In this document: positions 56,443-64,000 of the stretch, piece after piece | Position numbering within the stretch: the stretch's first letter is position 1 | Layout: the number at the start of each line of letters is the position of its first letter | Sequence record: NC_031245.1 | Direction: 5' to 3' (one strand) | Length of the DNA stretch: 64,000 nucleotides | Program-made: the position numbers and the translations under genes | Notes under the pieces: generated by a model | Told to the model about the DNA's origin: nothing | The model's input: the letters and a program-made list of their open reading frames with translations, nothing else | The model's database searches: none

Positions 56443-59400
56443 TTGGGGACTATTGAGCTAAATGGAGTAGTTCATTCCAATGTTGGAAAAGTATGGTATG
56501 TCAGCACTCAGGGTAATGATTCAAATCCAGGTACAGAAAACGAACCCTTAGCAACAGTCCAGTCAGCTGTAACTAAAGCTTCTTCAGGTGATTTGATCTA
56601 TGCTAAAGAAGGTACCTACCGACCTAACTCCATAAGTACTTGGGGAGCTGGATTGTATGATCAGAATAAACAATTAATATTCGCAGGAGATCCAGGTAGA
56701 ACTATATTTTTAATGGATGGTAATGAGCACAGTGCAAGGGATCAACATGCTCTATCTACTCGTAATCCTGGGACTAAGATCTATCATATTATATTTGATG
56801 TTATTTTTAGGGATAACCAGAATAACAGCAATGAGACTTCTTTATTTAACACATCTCATATTGACTCTAAATGGTCTGAACAGACTAAAGGCTTTGTTTA
56901 TAACTGTGTATTTAAGACTAACAAAAGAGCAGCAATGAACTATGATGGTAGTGGAGGCGGTAAACTTTATCTGGAAAACTGTCTATTCGATGTTCCTGAT
57001 AATTTTATCGGATCCTACAATTATCCTAATAATTATGAGCTATCTAACTGTGTGACTAATAAGTCGTGGTACAAAGAAGGTTTGGCTAAGAAAGCATGCC
57101 TTGAAAATTGTAACTTTGATCAAGATTATCGGATTATTTCAGCTCCTGGTAGTTGGATAGATACTGGAATTTACGAGGATAAAGACGGTAGTCCTGCTGA
57201 CTTGGGAGTTTATGGTGGTCGTTATGCTTGGGACTTTGACTTTGATGTCAACTCTATAATGTGGGTAGGTCCAGCTATCGATGAAATCCCTGGTCAGGCT
57301 GACATCGCTATACCTAGTGATATTCATGGTTCCATCCGTGTTACTAATCACGACGACATAGAAGCTAAAGTAGCTATTCTTCATCGGGATAATATCATAT
57401 CTTCCGTACAAGTATGGGAAAAGAATTTACTCCCTTCTTTAATTAATATTCCTCCACCTTACGACAACAATAACAACAATGGGTGGTTAAAGTCTAGTTT
57501 AGGTGTTAGATTAACAAATGAATTATTAGGTATTTCTGTGGATCGTCATGGTTCGCCATTCCAAAGACAAGCGATACCTGCTAGCATCAATGTATTTACT
57601 AGAGGTAACGAGAGTCTAGTCTCGAGTATTGGGGTGCGTATATCTAATGAGCTTAATTCTCGTGTTCTTGAACTCCGAGGAGTTTGGGATGAAGATATAT
57701 CAGGTTCTATAGAAATTAGTAGTCTAAATTATAACGACTTATTCACTAGATTAGGTGTTAGAATACCATCCGTACTTTATGGTCAGTCCTATATACCTCA
57801 GAATGCTGATGAGAGCCTACCGAGTTCAATCACAGTTACTCATAGTGATTGGGATCATATTACAGGTAAAGTGATAGTAAGACCTGAGGCTATACTTGGA
57901 GGTCACGTTATTACTAACAATGGACGGGAAGATATTCCTTCCAAAATTAGTATTGTAAGAGGTCATAGTATACTATGGTCTAACATGACTGTAAAGTATA
58001 GAACTGAACTCAATTTAGTAACGGATATCATAGGTGTAGGAGATAGTGATCTTAAATCGATCATTGATCCAAGGTACAGAGGTAACGACGATGCTCAAGT
58101 ATCTATCAGAGTAAATAGTCCTTATGTACATGATAACGAGTACGGTAAAGTATTCAAATCGTCAATCCGAATTATAGCTGCTGGGAATAGTGATATTCAA
58201 TCCAGCTTAAGTATACCTATTCTGAATAAAATGACAGGTATATCGGATATCATCGGAGTCAATGAATCTAATATTCAAGGTTCTATCAGAATTAATCAGT
58301 ACGACAGCTTACCGTCATCTATCAGGATTTCTCCTCGTAATAAGATGACGTCAATAATTGAGATTCGACCACCTGAAAGAATTAATGGAACAGTCTCAGT
58401 TAATAAGGACTCTTACGTACGTCAGAGTCTAGATAAGTTTAACTTCGGTCAAGATCCTACTCTGACTATGGGTTATTCTGCTAATAAAGCAGAAAAGTTC
58501 AGAACTTTAGTTGGATTCGATATCTCTGATATCACTAACTTAAGAGAAGGGTACAGTATTGACGAGGTACACTTAAAGTTAAGATTCACTATAGGACGTA
58601 ATCCTAAATCTAGTTTATCACTGTATGAAGCAATCGGTGACTGGACTGAATTAGGTGTTACTTGGAGTAACCAACCTCGAATCGGTGGCTTAGTTTCTAA
58701 GAAATACGTTACGGATAGTACAGAAGGTTATATCACTTTTGATATCACTGACTATATACGTAATGCTAAAGAACAAGGAATTACATATTTATCGTTCTAC
58801 TTGAATGCTACTGATGAGTTGGAAAATAACACAACATCATTCTTCTCTAAAGAGAGTGGTAACGGACCTACGATAGAATACAAGTATTACGATGAAGTTC
58901 TTCGTAATTCAAGTAAAGCTGACTTAGATTCCAACGTGTTTATCTACTCTATAGGACATAAGGATCAACGCTCTAAGATCAACGTCAAAGGTATAGTATG
59001 GTCGGAAATACCTTCATCTATACTAGTCCAACGTCCAGGTGATTTCTTATCCAGCATTACTGTCACTAGATCTGACATGTCTGGTAGCATGGACGTTATC
59101 GCACGTGATGATTCAGATATCAAGTCCAGCTTGACTGTTCAAGAGTCATTGTACTTTGATATTGGTGGTAGCATTATTCCAAGTAAAAAGTCAATGCCAT
59201 CGGAGATATACGTAGCTGAGAGGTATGACGTATCATCAAGCTTGTCTGTAAGAGTTCTAGATGTATCCGAAATAATATCTTGGATGACAGTAAGTAATCC
59301 GAGTAGACCTGGTAGTATTTACGTTATCCCTTACGTAGACCTAGAAGGTAGCATTTCAGTACGTCGTGAAGCTTATGATGACTTAGAGTCAGGTTATTTT

Positions 59401-62400
59401 GGAGTAAGTGTTCCACAAATTAGTTTGAGTTTCTATGTACTCCCTCACGAGGACTTGAATTCAAGTATCTCAATCAGAGGTGAAGAGAAACATGAACTAA
59501 ACTCTAGTATCTCAGTAAATAGACCAGATAATCCAAGTTCTATATACGTAGTACCGTACTACGATAGACGAGGTGTTATCCGAGTTAGAAGAAGTACTAG
59601 AGCGGATCAAATATCGACCCTAGCTATTTCAAGACCTCAGTTCTCAGGAAGCTTAGAGGTAATGAGTGGGGATAACCTAAAAGGTTCGATCGTAGTTAAT
59701 CGTTACGACGAAGAGATACTAAATTCTCAATTAGTGATCTCGCATCCTGATCTTAGAGGATCTATCCATCCTAAAATAGCTTACGATACTTCAGGTACGA
59801 TTACTGTCAATAAACTTGATAAAGATGACTTAATCTCAACTTCTTACGTATTACATCGATCTGATATTAAAGGTTCATTAGAGGTTTGGGGAGCATCAAT
59901 GATACCTTCGAGTATCCGAGTACTTTCAGGATATCTTAGAGGTACAATCGGAGTCCCTGCTAATGATGAAACTGAGATCGAAGGCTCGATTACAGTAAGA
60001 CAAACGGATGAGTCTTGGATCAAGTCACAAATTGACGTTTGGCAATTTAGATTATTACCATCCAAAATCGTAACTAGACGTAGTGAAGAATCCGACATTA
60101 AGTCGTCAATTGAAGTAAGACAATTAGAATCGGCATCAATCCCATCTAAAGTAGATATATGGAAGTACGATGCATTAAAATCTAAGATTGATGTACGAAG
60201 AGATGCTAAGGAATTCTTAGACTCCTCAGTATATGTCTTATTCTCAAGTGATATTAAGTCATTCATTAACGTAAGAGGTTACTCAGATGTCAATTCCTCA
60301 CTTAGAGTAGTTTATGGATCAACTTCAGATATTGATTCTAATTTAACTCCAAGGTTAATAGGATACGACGATATTGATACGAGCGTATTTGTAATGTATC
60401 GAGTCAATCGTGACTTGAGGTCTAAGTTACGAGTAGGTGCCTCAAACAAGATGACTGCGATTCTAGATATAACTGATGCTCCTAGAGAGTATACGACTAT
60501 CTATGCAGTTAAGGATTCATTCGTCAGAAGTGGGATGCCAACACTTAACTACGGATTGGATAAATCAATACCTGTTGGTAAGTCCAACAACGAGATACTA
60601 AGATCATTGATCGGATTTGATATCAGTCAAATTCCATCTGGAGACACTATTGATAAGGTTGAATTAGTAATTAATTATTCAACTCTTAGAGACAAGGACA
60701 TTAGAGCTTATGCAATCGGGAACGATTGGACTGAATTAGGGGTAACTTGGAATAACCATCCTAACTCCGATCAGTACGTAAATTCTAATAATCCTAAATG
60801 TACAGTAGATACTTTAAGAGAGGTAATCAAGTTTGATGTTACCGAGTACGTACGTGACGGTCATTATGACGTAGGCGACCAGTTCGTTAACTTCTTACTT
60901 AAAGCTTTCAATGAGAGTCAAGATGGTTACTTAAATCTAATGTCTCGTGAGAGTGGACGGATTCCTCGATTAGAAGTAGTCCATTACAATCCAGAAGTAT
61001 GGAGCTACAATAGAGCTCATCTAGATGCTAAAATTGATGTAAAATACGGTGGACTTAGTCAAATACCTTCCACGGTAACTGTAAATACTTACGATGGATA
61101 TAAGGATACCTACGGTAAAATCAACGTTTTATCTCCATCTGACTTCGAGTCTAACTTAAGTACTAGGATAGCTGTAAGTCGACCAGATATTGATGGTTCT
61201 GTTAATATCATAGGTCGTGGAGATAGTGATATTGAATCAAGTATCACAGTAATGATAAGTACAGTTGAAGAGCTCCCTTCATCACTCGTAGTAAGTCAAA
61301 TCAACTTAGGATCAACTATTGTTGTACCTGATAGGTCTGAAATTGGAGGTTCAATAACTCCACGAATTCTCGATAATTCAGACTTGTTGACTTGGATTAC
61401 AGTAAATGCTAAGGATAGACCTTCATCGATTTACGTTCCTTATCACGAAGACCTCAGCTCTAGTATTGTGGTCAATGGTTATAAAGATTACGTAATCGAC
61501 TCTGAGATTGCTATTAGTCGTCCTGAGTTAGAAGGTAGTATCTTAGTCAAGATAGCTTCTGATAACGATATGGATAGTAGCATATCCGTTCGTAATACTA
61601 AGGATGAAGATCTAGACAGTACACTTATAGTAACTTATGGTGACTTTAAGGTATTGTTATCTAAGATCAACGTCAAAGTAACGTACCATCCTGGTGAGAA
61701 TACGTTACCTGGTACTATTTGGGTAGGAGATGCTGGATCGGATTTAGGTTCAATCATCGCATTGAGTAAGCCTTCACTTCCATCAGTCATCGGAGTTCCT
61801 TATAACGAAGATGCAGATATAGAGTCCAGTATAGCTGTTAGTCGTTCGACGATACCTGGTAGTATCTTAATCAGTAATCGTGATGATATGTCTGGACAAC
61901 TTGAGGTATTCTATACGGATAGCATTTCTTCGGAGTTAACTGTAACTGTTCCTAGTCTGTCAGGTTCAATATCAGTTCCTTACTCTTATGATATGAAATC
62001 CAAATTGGATATCGTTAAAGTTGAGAAGGAGTACCTAAACAGTACATTAATTATACTTGAGAGATCTGATTTAGATTCAAGCGTTGATGTCTATAAACAT
62101 TCATCAATTGACAGTATAATCCGAGTAATCTCTGACGGGATTGAAGGTACTTTAATAATTCCTAGAAGATCGGACTTACCTTCTACAGTTGATGTATACA
62201 AGTACATGGATGTCGATGGTATAATACGAGTAATCTCAGGTAACTTGGGATCTAAGATCAGTGTTAGACGTGATGCAGATCACGATATGGATTCAAGACT
62301 CTACGTAGTCAATGTTAATGGTGACAGCTTACCTTCCTCAATGTTTATTGTTACCGAGAAGGATTACATCAAGTCACGAATTGCAGTAAGATTTGAGTCT

Positions 62401-64000
62401 CCTCTATACGGAGAAGTTGACCTTATAGGTGTAGGAGAGTCTGACTTAGTCTCAATCCTTAGACCAGTAGTGTTCAGCGATTTACCAGCACAGTTATCAA
62501 TTACGATAACTAATAAAATGACAGGTGAGGCTGACTTTATTCCAGTCGGTGACTCAGACGTCCCTGGTACTATCGACTTACAACCTGCAGCTAACTTACC
62601 TGGTAGTATCACTGTTCTAATGAAAGATGAATCTGACATAGAAGGTACTATTACAGTTAGAGCTAAGGACAATCGTGATTTAATTTCTAAGCTTGACATA
62701 AGATATAGAGGAACATCTGACCTAGATTCACATATCCGAATCCCTTATACCAACAAAATGACTGGCTTAGTTGACGAAATCTCCTTATTAACTACTGATG
62801 AAGGTTTTGGTGACGATGTAGTCATTGAGCTGAAAACTTACCGAACAGTTATCGACGAATCTTCAGTCGAAGAAAAGTCCTATATAGCTGGAAGGATTTA
62901 CTACGATGATGCTGAATTCCTAGAAGATATACAAGTCGGATCATCGACTGAAGATAGCTCCTCTGCAATATCACATTCAGTAATCCATATCGATAGGACT
63001 GACAGTGGTAATGCAAGTGACAGCTTAGTCACTAAGGAGTTCGTATCATTTGATGCAGAAACTTCAGTTGAATCAATTTCAGAAATTACCGTACCTGTAT
63101 GCGATTCTTACAAATCTACTTCATCTATAGTAGAGTTAGGTATCCTAGGATGCGATAGTTCTGAAGGAGTCGACTTTGTTCTATTCCGTGGTATTGTCTA
63201 CTATGATAGTGCTGCTGGTGAAGACTGCTATGAAATACTGATAAATCGTGAGGATAGTGTATCACATAACGAATGCTCGAATGTAGTGTTAGAATTGTGC
63301 GATTCTTCAGTGCCTAATGAACTGTTCTTATGGGATATACTCCTAGCTGACCAATCCACTGGTGAAGATTGTATCGACCTACAATTCGAAATTTGTGATA
63401 ATGCATACTCAGTTCATACGATTGTAGATGGAATTCAACTAGCTGACCATTGTGATGAAGGTAAAGGTACCGACTCAGTTCCAGTACGTGAGTTTGTAAG
63501 TCCTGACTCTGGTGTGACTGAACATAGAGTTGTCGGTATTTACATCGAACTTTGCCAAGAAGTAGTGGTTACTGAAAATCCTGTGATCTACTTAAGTACT
63601 TGTGATGATGGAGAAGGAAGTGACTGGACTCCAGTCAGAGAATTCATATCACCAGACTTAGGTTATGGTCAAGATAGCTTAGTCGAGTTAATGCTAGAAG
63701 TTGAGTACGAAATCTTAGTTAATGATCACGTAGCTGATATCGACTTACTGATCCACTGCGATAGTGGTAATGGAATCGATAGAGTTGCAGTACGTGAATT
63801 CATTACTCAAGATTCAGGTTACTCAGAAGACCAAGTATCTAACGTAAACATAGTTGTTTGTGATGACTATGAAGTTGAGTACTTGACTCAAATTGACTTA
63901 AGTTATTGTGACGAAGCTGTAGCTCAAGAGTTACTCACTAAGGAAGTAATGGTCAAGGACGAAGGTTCTTCAGATGAGCAAGTAGTTCTAATCCATCTCA
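56443..64000 (+). CDS. Giant tail fibre/adhesin, at least 2,519 aa, truncated by the window end
   Basis: AAAGGAGGTG RBS and TTG at 56443. Translated by hand with no stop to base 64000. N-terminal pectin-lyase-like start (YVSTQGNDSNPGT...VQSAV...GD.I..KEGTY), two DNRLRE/CBM96-like domains and long repeat stalks. Confidence 0.9.
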   Translation, partial: MGTIELNGVVHSNVGKVWYVSTQGNDSNPGTENEPLATVQSAVTKASSGDLIYAKEGTYRPNSISTWGAGLYDQNKQLIFAGDPGRTIFLMDGNEHSARDQHALSTRNPGTKIYHIIFDVIFRDNQNNSNETSLFNTSHIDSKWSEQTKGFVYNCVFKTNKRAAMNYDGSGGGKLYLENCLFDVPDNFIGSYNYPNNYELSNCVTNKSWYKEGLAKKACLENCNFDQDYRIISAPGSWIDTGIYEDKDGSPADLGVYGGRYAWDFDFDVNSIMWVGPAIDEIPGQADIAIPSDIHGSIRVTNHDDIEAKVAILHRDNIISSVQVWEKNLLPSLINIPPPYDNNNNNGWLKSSLGVRLTNELLGISVDRHGSPFQRQAIPASINVFTRGNESLVSSIGVRISNELNSRVLELRGVWDEDISGSIEISSLNYNDLFTRLGVRIPSVLYGQSYIPQNADESLPSSITVTHSDWDHITGKVIVRPEAILGGHVITNNGREDIPSKISIVRGHSILWSNMTVKYRTELNLVTDIIGVGDSDLKSIIDPRYRGNDDAQVSIRVNSPYVHDNEYGKVFKSSIRIIAAGNSDIQSSLSIPILNKMTGISDIIGVNESNIQGSIRINQYDSLPSSIRISPRNKMTSIIEIRPPERINGTVSVNKDSYVRQSLDKFNFGQDPTLTMGYSANKAEKFRTLVGFDISDITNLREGYSIDEVHLKLRFTIGRNPKSSLSLYEAIGDWTELGVTWSNQPRIGGLVSKKYVTDSTEGYITFDITDYIRNAKEQGITYLSFYLNATDELENNTTSFFSKESGNGPTIEYKYYDEVLRNSSKADLDSNVFIYSIGHKDQRSKINVKGIVWSEIPSSILVQRPGDFLSSITVTRSDMSGSMDVIARDDSDIKSSLTVQESLYFDIGGSIIPSKKSMPSEIYVAERYDVSSSLSVRVLDVSEIISWMTVSNPSRPGSIYVIPYVDLEGSISVRREAYDDLESGYFGVSVPQISLSFYVLPHEDLNSSISIRGEEKHELNSSISVNRPDNPSSIYVVPYYDRRGVIRVRRSTRADQISTLAISRPQFSGSLEVMSGDNLKGSIVVNRYDEEILNSQLVISHPDLRGSIHPKIAYDTSGTITVNKLDKDDLISTSYVLHRSDIKGSLEVWGASMIPSSIRVLSGYLRGTIGVPANDETEIEGSITVRQTDESWIKSQIDVWQFRLLPSKIVTRRSEESDIKSSIEVRQLESASIPSKVDIWKYDALKSKIDVRRDAKEFLDSSVYVLFSSDIKSFINVRGYSDVNSSLRVVYGSTSDIDSNLTPRLIGYDDIDTSVFVMYRVNRDLRSKLRVGASNKMTAILDITDAPREYTTIYAVKDSFVRSGMPTLNYGLDKSIPVGKSNNEILRSLIGFDISQIPSGDTIDKVELVINYSTLRDKDIRAYAIGNDWTELGVTWNNHPNSDQYVNSNNPKCTVDTLREVIKFDVTEYVRDGHYDVGDQFVNFLLKAFNESQDGYLNLMSRESGRIPRLEVVHYNPEVWSYNRAHLDAKIDVKYGGLSQIPSTVTVNTYDGYKDTYGKINVLSPSDFESNLSTRIAVSRPDIDGSVNIIGRGDSDIESSITVMISTVEELPSSLVVSQINLGSTIVVPDRSEIGGSITPRILDNSDLLTWITVNAKDRPSSIYVPYHEDLSSSIVVNGYKDYVIDSEIAISRPELEGSILVKIASDNDMDSSISVRNTKDEDLDSTLIVTYGDFKVLLSKINVKVTYHPGENTLPGTIWVGDAGSDLGSIIALSKPSLPSVIGVPYNEDADIESSIAVSRSTIPGSILISNRDDMSGQLEVFYTDSISSELTVTVPSLSGSISVPYSYDMKSKLDIVKVEKEYLNSTLIILERSDLDSSVDVYKHSSIDSIIRVISDGIEGTLIIPRRSDLPSTVDVYKYMDVDGIIRVISGNLGSKISVRRDADHDMDSRLYVVNVNGDSLPSSMFIVTEKDYIKSRIAVRFESPLYGEVDLIGVGESDLVSILRPVVFSDLPAQLSITITNKMTGEADFIPVGDSDVPGTIDLQPAANLPGSITVLMKDESDIEGTITVRAKDNRDLISKLDIRYRGTSDLDSHIRIPYTNKMTGLVDEISLLTTDEGFGDDVVIELKTYRTVIDESSVEEKSYIAGRIYYDDAEFLEDIQVGSSTEDSSSAISHSVIHIDRTDSGNASDSLVTKEFVSFDAETSVESISEITVPVCDSYKSTSSIVELGILGCDSSEGVDFVLFRGIVYYDSAAGEDCYEILINREDSVSHNECSNVVLELCDSSVPNELFLWDILLADQSTGEDCIDLQFEICDNAYSVHTIVDGIQLADHCDEGKGTDSVPVREFVSPDSGVTEHRVVGIYIELCQEVVVTENPVIYLSTCDDGEGSDWTPVREFISPDLGYGQDSLVELMLEVEYEILVNDHVADIDLLIHCDSGNGIDRVAVREFITQDSGYSEDQVSNVNIVVCDDYEVEYLTQIDLSYCDEAVAQELLTKEVMVKDEGSSDEQVVLIHL

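Noticed and set aside
56-62699. Minus-strand and nested ORFs in the track (e.g. 560..883, 1591..1962, 29400..29840, 59844..60266, 62364..62699)
   Set aside because: They lie antisense to or inside well-supported + strand genes, lack RBSs and show no recognisable motifs; treated as shadow frames.
1-64000. tRNA or rRNA genes
   Set aside because: No cloverleaf with a T-loop GTTCRA and matching acceptor stem was recognised in the intergenic gaps; a tRNAscan-SE run would be needed to exclude them fully.

Overview
A 64 kb segment of a large lytic myovirus genome. All credible genes are on the + strand and carry strong GGAGG/AGGAGG ribosome-binding sites. Those sites and the Bacillus-like auxiliary genes suggest a Bacillales host (inference). 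Positions 1-12 kb hold accessory and nucleotide-metabolism genes (metallophosphatase, SLOG/YspA, ThyX, deoxynucleoside kinase, cupin PGI-like, FMN split-barrel, GroES, DUF3892), a 15-copy palindromic origin-like array, a six-copy phage promoter motif and a highly structured non-coding region. From 12.3 kb there is a T4-like morphogenesis module: terminase, portal, an inserted nrdAB cassette, protease-scaffold, major capsid, neck, sheath, tube, chaperone(s), tape measure, baseplate, three paralogous fibre proteins, and a fibre of more than 2,500 aa that runs off the window and is absent from the ORF track. The most striking feature is the large terminase gene, which is interrupted three times: by an HNH cis-intein just before Walker A, by a group I intron carrying a PD-(D/E)XK homing nuclease, and by a naturally split intein just before Walker B whose halves flank an unrelated inserted gene. 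The capsid gene carries a sister group I intron. Family assignments come from recognising motifs by eye; no database search was run.
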